From: the human T2T-CHM13v2.0 reference genome, Homo sapiens
Assembly (NCBI RefSeq): GCF_009914755.1
Contig: NC_060933.1
Length of the DNA stretch: 64,000 bases
Reading direction: 5' to 3' (one strand)
Within the stretch, counting starts at the first letter, position 1. Each line of letters begins with the position of its first letter. The position numbers and the translations under genes were made by a program. Under the pieces are notes generated by a model. It was not told the DNA's origin and searched no databases. It saw only the letters and a program-made list of their open reading frames with translations. Below, piece after piece: positions 49,981 through 64,000 of this stretch.

Positions 49981-50295
49981 TAACATAATAATCTAATAAT
50001 GGAATTAAGAAGAAATATAAAGCAATGGGTAAAAAGTTACTATAATAAATATCATAATTACAGTTCAATAAAGAGTTGAGGCTCCAAAGACACAGAGAGA
50101 AAAGATGGAACCTAATTAACTCTAGCTCAGGAATACTGCCTTGCTCAGTGATGGACTGTCAGAAGTCTGGGTGATGTTGGCAGCTCCTGTGTAGCCCAGA
50201 CTTAGTCCTGCCATCTGGTGCTGGCTTTTAAAGAGTGGATATCAGAAAGTAAGGGGATATAGGAGTCATTGTAGAGAGGAGACTGCTTGGCAAAG

Positions 50296-50331
<36 letters not shown>

Positions 50332-51386
50332 AGAGTTAGGGAGATGACCCAGAGCCATGATCACTCCAGAAAGGTAAAATGTAGTACACTTGAGTGGTGT
50401 CTTCTGAGGATAAAGGAAGTTCACATTTCATCAACAGAGAAGGGGCAGAAACTAAGCACAAAGTTCCCAAACTGCCTGATAAGGATCCTTGTATAGAATA
50501 CTGAAAGATCAGGGATGAGCTACCAGGTTATATCCCTTTGGGTGTTTTATTTTTCCATGCTGGGTGAAAAGGTAATTTCCTAAAAAACCAAAACTCCGTC
50601 TCGAGAAAGAAAAAAAAAATCCACATGGGCCTAATCTGATTTTTTTTTTTTCAAATATGTAGACTCAAACTAAAATCTTCCAAAGACTTCTGCATGATCT
50701 TGGCTTTGTCCCAATATTATCTGCTGAACACACTCCCTATTATTCTTAAAATGTGATTCTCATGATAAATTAGAAGGCTAATGTGTTCGCGTAAAGAACA
50801 CCTGAATATGCCGCAGCAGGTCTCATTTTACAGATGGATAGAACAGGCCATTAGGCATGGATAGAGCAGACTCAGCTGGCTCTGATAATTGGTAGTTGAC
50901 TTGAATCTGAATAGAGGTCAATCAAATGATGCTACGGAAGTTTAGAGAACTATATCATTCACACAGAGATTTTCCTTGTAAACCATACCAGCTCACTCCG
51001 TATTCTAAATTCTGTTTAGAGTGATACAAAATTGCCCACTTTTTGAAAGAGGAGACAACCATTTACCAGGCCTGCCAAGTAAAGCTGCGTGGGTTGTATA
51101 CTGCTCAACCCAAAGGAAGTTACAATCACATGGACTACGTACAACGTGTGCAACCTGCTCAGTCCACACAGCAGGCTTGTCATTAGAAATATAAATGCTA
51201 TTACTCCTGATTCAGGTTAAGCAAGATTCAAAGAGAGGAGCCACTGGAAGGTACTTGGAGGGCATTTGAACTTTAGCAACTTTGATTAGTTTGTAAGGCA
51301 TATCATTTTCCCACACAGACAAGATTTTACTATGTACACAAATGCCAGGAGTTTTTTGGTTTTTCTTTTTAAAAAATGCTATTATT

Positions 51387-51692
<306 letters not shown>

Positions 51693-51956
51693 CTATTATC
51701 GTTATTTAAATGGTATTGTCCAATAGTTTGGAAGGCTCTAAATCTGTGGTTCCTTGTTTCATTTTGTCCTTTTGTTTGACTCCTGCAAGCTTTTATAAGG
51801 CAGTGAGAATCTCACTCTCAATACAATCAGTTTATGATTGTTTGCAACACCCTAGCAACCTCCAGCAGGCCTTTGTGTTGGTTTTGTAGAGGCCTGTTAT
51901 GGCTTCTGATCCGGCTTCTTAAACTCATGGGTTTCTGAATTATGAATCAGTATGCC

Positions 51957-52629
<673 letters not shown>

Positions 52630-53553
52630 TAAATATGTCTTTTATTTATTACATAATAAATTGAAATTTTTAATACCTTATTTATATTTATCCAAAACTT
52701 AGAAGTTTAAGATCATTGCTAAGTACTCCTTATTCTTTTTTTCACTTTTTCATAACTTTTCTATTGTAATTATAAGGTGCTAGAATCCATAGTTCATCAA
52801 TGCAAAATGTAAAATGGGATTCACTTCCACAAAGTCAAACACAAGAAGTAACAGCAAAATAAACAGAAAAACTTTATGTAACACATTCATCCAATGAAAT
52901 AACTATCTACCATGACTGGTAATGGTTGTCCTACAAGATGGACGAAAATTTCATGAAATAACACCAATACGAAAAATTTAAATAATAGTAATGTTTCTAC
53001 TTTTCAATTATAAATGGCTATCCACATAACTGAATTTTCTTCTAATCTGCTTCAAGACTTAAAGAATTTTCTTTTTCTTTCCTGTACTAATCATTGAACC
53101 TCAGTTTCTAATAAATTTTGGAGCATCTGGGCCTTTGAACTCCTTGAATAAAGGTACTGTTAAAATACTAAGGTTTTCCTGTTTGTTGGTTGGTTTGACT
53201 CAAGTAGTTGCATATATTTACAGGCTTAAGAATTTGATGAAGATCACGTGGCTGTCACTAGGGAGCTAAGACTTGGGTCCACGTCTCCCCTTCCACCAGA
53301 CTCTCACTTCCACCAATGGGAGTTTTACTATGAACAGATGACAGTTTTCCTTGGAGCTCCCCAGATGGACCCAAGGTCCACGATTCTATCAATCAATTTA
53401 GGCTGTAAGAATGTTGGTCCAAGAGAGAAATGCTGTTCCTGTAATTGTCTTTTATTCATGAAACATTAGCTCTCCCACTCTACTGCACTACTGAAAAATA
53501 AATGAATTAAGTGGTTTTTAAAGCACTGCCAAAATAGGTCTTTGTGAACCTGG

Positions 53554-53916
53554 TGATATAGTTTGGATATGTGTACCCTCCAAATCTCATGTTGAGATAT
53601 GATCCTCAATGGTGGAAGTGGAGCCTGGTGGGAAGTGTTTGGAGCATGGGAGGTGGATCGTTCATGAAGGCTTGGTGCCCTCACGGTGGTAATGAGGGAT
53701 ATTGAGTTTACATGAGAACTGATTGTTTAAAATAGTGCGGCACCTCTCCTGTCTCTCTCTTGCTCCCTTTTGCCATCTGATACACTGGCTCCCCTTTTGC
53801 CTTCCACCAAACTTCCTGGGGCCCTCAACAGAAGCAAATGCCAGTATCACGCTTGCTGTACTGCCTGCCAGAACAGGTTGTAGGCCAAATAAACCTCTTT
53901 TCTTCAGACTAACATA
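53554..53916 (+). mobile_element. MST-family MaLR solo LTR with internal deletions
   Basis: tgatatagtttggat...ccaaataaacctc...cagactaacata. TSD CCTGG on both sides. Confidence 0.85.
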
Positions 53917-54274
53917 CCTGGTTATGTATCAGCTAGTTACATTTATGTCAGCTCTATCTCTTTTAGAATATTTTGGTCTATGGTTGACCTTTTAGTTCGA
54001 GTGGTATGCATACATACTGACGAATAAATAAGAGCTAGTATTAAGTGTATTTAGAATAACCTACTGGTCATGTTTAAGGATGACAGTAGAGAGGACAGGG
54101 TTTGCCTCTCATGCAGAATAATACTAGAAGATGGGAAACAGTTAAGAGACTGTGACACCAAAGAGCTGAAGGTTAATATTCAATAATTCAACTCAATGGA
54201 TGCAAAATGGGAGATTCCTCTTCTATGTATCAATCGCCATGCAGTGTACCCCAGGCATATATACATTATATGTT

Positions 54275-54440
54275 CAAGTAGTCTGAACATGCTGCTAGGG
54301 ACTGTGAGAGCACGGAGACCTGGGCTCTGTCCCAGAGGTTCTTATTCAGTAAGTCTGGGGTGGGACCAAAGATTGTGCATTTCCAACAAGTTCTAAAGCC
54401 ATGCTGATATGGCTGGTCGCTGGGCCACACTTTGGGTAAT
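54275..54440. mobile_element. MER5A-like (hAT-Charlie) fossil
   Basis: attcagtaagtctggggtgggacc...gcatttccaacaagttc...ccacactttgggtaa. Confidence 0.7.
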
Positions 54441-57402
54441 GAGGATACAGGCACATTGCTAACATTTTTATATGTAAATACAGACAAAAAGGTGCACAGA
54501 ATACACTCATAATAATGTACATATGTGTGTGTTTACATACATACACATAAATTTAAAAAAATCAAAATCTCTCATTCATAAGGATTTTTTGTCCTTAGCA
54601 ATGTAAAGTTCAATGGAAAGGAGAGACCGCAAAGGGCTGCTTTCAAAAACGCAAAGTTTGCTTTTCATTTTTTTTAAGACCAAATACTTTACTATCTCCA
54701 GATACCTGAAAATATATGGAATTATCTTGTAATAAAACTCAGATGCCCAAAGCCCACCTTTTGAGTTTTCTTTGCAAGAAACAACCCCAAATGCGAGCAA
54801 ATCAGATACCATGTAATAAGACCTAAAAGTATTTTTCCAAAGACAGAAAGAAAAATATCTAAGCAATAGAACCCAGATTGGAAAGACACCAAACAAAGAT
54901 AACAGAACTATTTTTAAGCCTCATTTTATGACCAAGGGGCACAGCAAAATAGTTTGAAATAGAAAGTTTTCATGCTGATTACATGAAATCAAAATACACA
55001 CTGTTCAAAGGCAGCCAACATTATTATTTTTTAAATGCAGTCTAGTTCATGCAATAAGTTTCAGTGTTCTTTCAGTCTGGGAACATTTCAAAATACATTG
55101 CAGGTACAGCTGGGAAAACTCAGTGATACCCCTGTCCAGATCTCAGCTATTAGGTTATAAAAATATTTTCACATTTCCTGCAGATGTCTAGATTCCTTTC
55201 TTTGGTAGTAATTTTAATTCAGACCTCATTATTGACAGCTGTTTGTTCTGATAGAACTTAATTGCTCTTCTACCAGACTCAGCTGCAGGCAGGCTGATTT
55301 CCTTTCCTTATAGAGTATATTACATATAAACACAGGCAGGAAAAAAATAACCAATTAACTAAATACGTGTGCATAAAATGATTCATTGAGAGCTCTGATC
55401 AAGTAATGTATCCAACTGCAACATAGGTCAAAGGAAATTACAGCACTTATAGTTTACAGTATTAAATATAATTATATAGAAATACTCAAAAGCACTAAAA
55501 TATATAGATGATGAGTGGCAGCATCTGAAAATCTACTTTTATCAAAGAAATTTATAAAATTACTATATTTGAGTAACTGGAAGGGTATTTATTCTGCTGA
55601 CGGATTAACTCATGGATATCTATTTTACATAAGCTATACGCTACAAAGAACCTGAGATGCCTTCCATAACTGACAAAGTCATGAGGAACCCAGCATGCTG
55701 TGGGATCACACTGCAATGCCAACAATTCTTCTTCGAAGGGCAGAGTTTCTGGGGACACACCAACTCTTTTCCTCATTCTCCAGTCACTGCTGTGGATGAG
55801 CTGCTTTTCCTAACTTTACCAGAAAATGAATACAAATTCTTTGAAGTTAAAGCTATTCCCTCTGTTTGAAGACAATGCCTCATTTTAGCAGCTCACCAAG
55901 AGATGCAGGAATAGCTTGGCAATTTTCATTCTATCAAATGCCTTGGCAGCCTCACTCATGGAGTCTAGGCCTATTTGGAGACCCCAAGCTGCCTTCCTTA
56001 CTGGACTGGAACCCCTGAAGAGGGATAAACCGAGGGCTGAATTCATCAAAGAACATATAAGCAGCAAATATACTGCATTTGAGACAAGCAATAGTTCCTT
56101 TTATTGGCTCTGTCTGTTTTGGAAATGGAGAGAATGTGGTGAGCAGGGAAGAACAAACTGCTCCTTAGTAAGGAACCCACTCAAGGAAAATGAAGTTTTT
56201 TTCTTAATACTAGGGACGCTATATGGTGCATCCCTTTTCGGGGCCAATAAATGCTTCTCTTTGCAGACTTAATCTACCTCATATAGGGAGGAAGATATTG
56301 GGAATAGGATGCTTATTACCCTGATAATTCTCAGGGATGCAGCATACATTTCCATTAATACTAGGCATAATGCTAATTACAATGCAAGCCCCACACTCAA
56401 CATTTACAAACCCTGACAAAATGAATGTAAGTATCCTACAGGGTTTGGTATCCACAAAATCTGGTCAATAGCCTACTCCCAGTCCCTCCCTTTCCCCTAA
56501 GTAACAAAGGAAACCAATACTTCTTGGTCTTTGAGAGTAATTCTACTAAGTCCCGTATTTTTTAGTCTATACATACAGATCATTATACCCTTCAGATTCT
56601 TGCATGGTATGACTCCTGGCATCGTTTTGGATTGTGACACTTCTACTCTAATGCTCACTTTATTTAGTGTCTGTTTCACACATGGCATAGTTCTAAGGGA
56701 GGATGCAATGTGACCTCATAGACACCATCTCCAACCACGTATCTCTAACGGTTGAAAGTTACAGCCTGGGGAAGAAATTCAGTTTTGGCTCATGGAATTA
56801 AAGACTTACTACACTTTAAAATTCCCCCCATCATTTTTTTTTTTCTTGAAGGTTCACTTCTTACTGGTTAAAATAGTTTAAACATAATTTAAAGTCCTGA
56901 CTGAGTTGATGATACTGACTATTTTGTTTTCAATTAAGCATAACAGAGCAAATGGTCTTTGATGTGATGTACTCATTTTATGAAAGAACCAGGCTGGCAA
57001 ACAAAAATTTTATGGAATTTAGAGATACTAACTCTGGCTCTTCCACCTGCAGCTTGTATCTTAAATACATCATTTATTTATTCTTCCAGAGCCTCTGTTT
57101 TCTCACCTGTAAAATGTAAACCTATTTCCTAAGTTTTCTATGATACTGTCAGCAAAATACATTTTAAATAATAGCTTCTTGATCAATGTTAATTTCAGTA
57201 CTCTTTTTTCTATGAATTGAGGACCTAGAATTGAATATTTTAATTCAGTTAGCCTAACCACAGAGTAGATATGCAACCTTCCTATTCTTGCATAGTTTAT
57301 TAGACTTCTACTAATAAATTTTATGAAACCAATATTTAACTTTATTTTCTGGTTTAAATCCTCTCAGGAAAAAAAAATGTAATATAAAATTGAATCAGAT
57401 TT

Positions 57403-58250
<848 letters not shown>

Positions 58251-61200
58251 CCCATCAAGCCATTCTCTTGCATTTTACAGGTGGAGAGACTCAGGAACAG
58301 AGACTAAAATAAAATCTCTGTATTTCAGTTGCATTGCTTTGTTTGTGTCAAAGTTCTGTTTTCCTCCCCTTATCTCAAGTACCACTTAGTGTTTGTTCCA
58401 TCATTTCTTCCTTTCCTTAGGCATATGGCTATCAATATGCATGGTCTTATCTGACTTCCATTTAACCAATTTAACTCAAGCTTTCCTTTTCCTCCAAAAA
58501 GCTCCTCCCATTGCTTACTGCACTAGGTCAGCTCAATGTTTGTTAGGAGGCTACTCTCCAGGTTGTCTGTGGCTCTAGAATGTTTGTGGTGTCATCATGT
58601 TTATTCCAAAAATAATCAGTCATTTCATTTAAGTAATGTAATTCTTAGATAAAATGACGAGATATAGTTACAAAATAAATGAGTTGTTTCTGTAAAAACC
58701 AAGTTAATTACTTTGGAAAGATAGACGTAAAAGTAATTTGTGTCCCGTCATAGCCAATAAAGTACCATTGAATTAGGTAAGGGTGACACAACTGCAGGTA
58801 AATGGAAAAATATTTATAAACATCTAGATGGATTCTAAAGTTGCTTAACTTTAGAAACAAACTACTGTTTGCTGTTGATATTAAAAACACTAAATCTGCT
58901 AATCATTGGTCATACTCAAATAAGAGTTCTTAGTCCCAAATTTTAAAAACTGGTGAATCTAATATACAGTTATGCATTTGAGGTTAATGTCAACTGTATA
59001 CATACATTTTAGGGTTCTTTGCTTCACTTGAGGTTTTGTCTAAATGATCAAGTCTAAACTGAACATATAGATCAAGGTTCCTTCTGAATGGTCTTGATTG
59101 CTTTAGATCTCTTCATATATGATGATTAAGCTTTTTGAAGGAGATACCATACTCTATAACCCACAGTTTTGCACAGTGAAGTTGTAATAAATATTTACTG
59201 GTTATATTTATATATACATTTTATTGAATGTTGCTAATTGATTAGCCAATTACACTTAGTAGTTCATCATCTCGTTTTATTACTGTGAGCCAAATTATCC
59301 AGGCTATGAAACATTTCTTTTATGATAGCACTTCCTGGAGTCCTTAGAGAAATTCCAAGGGGGGACAAATAGTTCTATAAATTTCCTCTTGAAGGCTCAC
59401 AATGCATTAGGCTGAGAAACCCTGCTGTAAAGAAACCAGTTAAACTTACTTTTACCCATACTTATTTGACTACAGAAATTCACCCCCCTGCATCAATTAA
59501 TAATCCATGATTCAATGTGCACATATATTGATGAGGTATCCCAAATTTTCTAAGTGATTTTCATTCTTATGTTCAAACCTTTTTTTCTGTTTCTGTAGAT
59601 TTTCTCATACTTCTTATAACCCAGAATAGGTGTGAATTATGTATGCCAATTATGAATGCGTCAGATTAAATGGTCAACATACGGATTTGTAAAACTTAGA
59701 TTGGTAAAACTGCTATTTTTTTCTATTTTCTTCTTTCTTCTCAATGAAGTAGCAGAACATTTTAAATCTAGCTCTGCTTTCACAGATTAAAAGAAAAATT
59801 TTAGCAGGGGAATGTGAAACTTAGAATGTCAAATAACAGGCAGTGGTGGAGGCTTTGATGAACTGAGCCTAATTAAAAGTAAAGGTGCTGAGTGAAAATT
59901 TTAAAAGACTGCAAGCCAAATGTTGCTAAGGACAATTTGGGGTACAAGCTTTCCAAAGAGGGAGGTGGTTTTAATACTCTGTAATCATTTTGAAACTTCA
60001 TGCTATAAAAGACTTCAGATGTAGAAAAGCAGTCTAGGTATCAGATTATAACAGCATAGGACACCTAGTCTAGGAGCACTCAACCTGGAGTCGAGAAAGC
60101 AGTAATAAATGCCCTTTACACTACCTCTGTCCATGGAAATTGAATATTTACCTGAGATAAGGTTGCCCAGGCTATTAAAATCTCAGATGTTGAATGGCAG
60201 TTATGTAATGAGTTTCTTTGAAAAACAGAAAATGAATTGCCATTTAACAAACACTGCCTGGAATGTTGATAATTGAAGCTGTGTGATGCGTGCTTGGGGG
60301 TTCATTATACATTCTCTCCACTTTGGGGTATGTTTGAAAATGACCAAACTAAAAAAAATTCTGAAAAAACAGCCTCCTTTGTTCCCGCTTAAGGTAAAGC
60401 ACTTTCTAAGTGTACAGAAGTCCCCCACAGGGCAGAAATAACAAAGAGGATCGTGTTCAGACCCACTCACCTTCTTCCAATAGCTAGGACTGGACTATTG
60501 GTTTCTTAAGCCATAGCCAAACTGTGATATGGTGAAGCTTTAGCAGAAAACCATGTGACTTGATGAGATTGCCCATGCAGAAATGCAGGCAAAGAATTCA
60601 GCAAGAGGTATGTAGACCACCTTGGGAATTTGTACCTTTGTACAGTATGCAGGCCACAAAGCTTCACTCTAAAAATGACTTACATGTAGAATTATTATCT
60701 CAGATTTTAAAGATGTGTTTATTCCTAAGCCTTTAGAAAATATAAACACAACAACAAAGGCATACATACCTATCTCTTGTAACTGGACTACATTCACAGA
60801 GCTCCTTACTAAATTCTGGAAGAGGTTTTGCTAAGCTTGTAGCTTTACTATTGTACCCTACAAACCAATAAGTTTGAGTTTAATTGAACCAAGATAGCAA
60901 ATGGATTTCAGACTATAGTACCTCAGAGAAAATAGTCTGAAACCAGGTCAATCATTTTCAGACACACGAAAGAGGGATGAAATATTAACCATAGATTGTA
61001 GAGGAGGATTTTTGTGGTTTGTAACATGATTGGTTATGGTTTTTCAAATCTAAGTAGCAAGCATGAGTCCAGACTGAGAAAGCCTCTGCCCAATTGATTA
61101 GAATTGGAGTTGGTTCAGGTTGACAAAGTGAGAGTTTAGGATGTGAAGAATGACTGACCACCTATAAACCAAAATTTGGACTGAAGTTGTTTCTTCAAAG

Positions 61201-64000
61201 AAACAGATTTCTAGAAAACCAATCACCATCATCATAATCATCATCAGAGTAAACAAGCATTTAATCTATCTGATTTTATCCAGTTTTCCTCTGAGAAGAT
61301 GCCATTGGCAAATGACCAGACTGTTCTCTACCTTTCTACAGAGCTATAACTTCAGTCAAGTGAGTGACTTGCACAAGATCATACAGTTTTATCCAATATC
61401 TCTTATTTTTCTACATTTCTACAATTATCATTTTTTTGATCCTGAAAGCTAAGTATGTAGTGAAAGTCATGGAATTCAGAGTTGTTTTTATTAAGACACA
61501 CTTAAAATGAAGATTTAAAGATCCAGGAGCTTGATTTATCAGTTTAACATTTTAAAATTGCCTACTATATATGCAATTGCCTACTGCTTTAGGAAGTATT
61601 TGATTTTTACTAGGGTTTTTGAGCATGTGTAAAACATAGATTATATCTGGAGACCATTCGTGGTCTCTGTTTGTCCATACAAAAATCCAACAACCCTAGC
61701 TCTTGATAAAATTTGGAGGCTTACCATTGTGACCATTTGAGGTTGCATCTTATATACATTTATCTTCTGCATTCATTTACAGTATTCACTCTTAGCTTGG
61801 AGGACAGTATAATTTAAAAAACCCAGCATCTTCAAATAATCTGTATTTAGACAACACATAGGTCAAATCTCAATATAAGCTCTGCTTCAGTGACAAGGAG
61901 GAGCCTTACCGCAGTGAAGGGAAAAATCACAGAAAAAGGCACTCCAATTCACAACTCTTCTATACACATCTAGGGGTAGTTAGGGATTCAAGAGGAAAAA
62001 GCAAATCAACCAGGTGAAAATGGCAACAACAACAAAAAAGATCAGGTGGCTGTTCTGAAAAAAATTAAAAGGCCCTTTTTCCTCCTCTCTTACCTATTTT
62101 ATAGATTGACCAAAAAACCCTCAGTTTGGGTTGTACTTGGGGGTTTTGCTCTTCTCATCCAGTCCTGTGAAGGAAATTCACATTGCACTTAACTGGGTGA
62201 TCAGAATAGAGCAGTGAGAAAGAAATTAATAAGCCTTTGCAGGCTGACCAATGTCCTATTGGGGCTCAAAAGTTTGATGGGATAACTTGGAAGGTCCAGC
62301 AACTTAGGAGAGTTTGAAGACAGACAGCCCCCACCCCCAGCTATGTTTTGTATCCAAAAAGAAATTTTTGCTAGCTGAATTCATCATCATTTACTTTGTC
62401 CTCAGCACAGAGACTGCTTGCATATGCAAGCTTTTATTTCAAAAGGGATTCTCTTCTGATTTTGGTGTCACTTTATACATTTCTGTAACAAGAAATTCTC
62501 TCGGCAGCTGTACTTATGTTAGAAACACAAATGTACCTTATTAATGCCAGTTATCAAGGCAAAGGGTTTGAAAATACTTGCTAAACATTTGTTTATTTAT
62601 ATACAATATTTCAGAGTTTTACACAGCTAAATACTGGCATATAACAAACACTGTGAGTGTGTGAAAGAAATATAAATGATTCCAGCAGATGGCATGGTCA
62701 GAAGCAAAGGGTTTGCAAGTGCAAGAAATAGCACAAATCCAAATTGAGAAATCTGAATGGCTGTAATTGTAACACATCTACAATGGAATCAAGAAGGTCA
62801 TTTACATTACGTTAAGAAATACAGAAGCAGAGTCTTATATAAGCGTGTTACACAAAATGGAGATTTGGCACATGGGTTATCATTGGACAGTGTACCACAC
62901 ACAGTTTTTATTTCGGTTCCAGCAGAAAAACAATATTGACAAATTTCTTTCTCTCTTTGCTTCCTACTTTATCGAATAGAAGAGGTAACAATAGCATCTG
63001 CTGCAGCTGGCTGGAGCCTGAGATGAGGAAATTGTAGCTGATGGGCCTCCCAAGCATATCGACACTAAAAAGCTCATGCTACAGCCACGGCACAGCCAGG
63101 CTAGCACTCCAACGGGAGCGGCAGATACACAAGGCAGCCACTGTGAACCAGAGCAGGGCCTGCCAAGACAGCATGTCAAGTAATTTTTAGTGGCCTGAAG
63201 TGGTTTCCACCATCACAGCTCCAGGCACTGCCGCAAGGCAGGACAAGTTTATCTATCTCTGACATCTTCTCCATCTCCCTTTGGCATCGCTCTACGATTT
63301 TCTGCTGCGGTAGCCTCACTGACCAAATTGGTACCCAGTGCATTCAGGGTGCTCCCTGGCTACCCATCAGCCTTTCTTCCCATTATTCATGGGCTTGAAG
63401 ATCTGGGATGCTTAATTGGGTCTAATGTGTCAAAATTACCTACTCCAATCATCTTGGTGTCAAACATAACACTTCCTCTCAATATACAGGTGCTTTCTGG
63501 TTATTTTCCTAATGCATCTAGAAAATGTTAAGGGACCCTTTAATCAAATTGATTTGAACAAAATTTTAAGGACCATACTGCAGTGGAAAACATACTAGAC
63601 CCGCAGTCTGAAGACTTGAGTCCAGCAGAAGCCTATGGGAAAGCTGTCAACCTCATTGGCCTAATTTTGTTTTCTCAACTCAACTCTGAAATTTAAAAAA
63701 AAAATTAAAAAAAGAGAAGGCTGCAGGAGGGGAAGTGGTCTGAGAGTCTGGAAATGTCCCTTCCACGGCTATGATTCACTGTGAATGAATCATAGTCCTG
63801 TTTCTGAGTTCAAAAAGAGGCCCACTAGCCCCAGTAAATCTTGAATTACAGGAAGATGTAAAGAAAATATTTTTGAGTTAGGATGTAAGGAGAGTTAAGA
63901 GCACAAGTTTCTCCTACCCACAAGCTAATATTTTACCAGAAGTAATCAGGTAGCAGTTATGAAATGCATTTTTGAGAATGGACTTTTTTCCTACTTTCTT

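Overview
Primate (very probably human, since AluY is present) genomic DNA carrying the 3' end of the receptor tyrosine phosphatase gene PTPRD on the minus strand. Seven coding exons (40534-40249, 39824-39646, 39025-38899, 37603-37478, 30292-30138, 18522-18387, 16498-16430) splice in frame with GT/AG boundaries. They encode the end of catalytic domain D1, all of D2 and the C-terminus ...[12 protein letters not shown] ~3.6 kb 3' UTR ends near AATAAA at 12824-12819. Positions 40535-64000 are one large intron, and 1-12800 is repeat-rich downstream DNA. The most striking structure is a pair of inverted L1PA elements with ~4.2 kb arms (22680-26870 and 31977-36150). They share private indels and show a stepped mosaic of near-identity, and they bracket one 155-nt frame-shifting D2 exon. 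That exon also has a weak AAG acceptor, a ~138-nt AG-free zone and a candidate distant branch point. This suggests a recurrently gene-converted L1 hairpin that could loop out, circularise, edit or invert the exon (inference). Repeat subfamily names and consensus comparisons come from memory of consensus sequences and need RepeatMasker/Dfam confirmation. Identity estimates are by eye.
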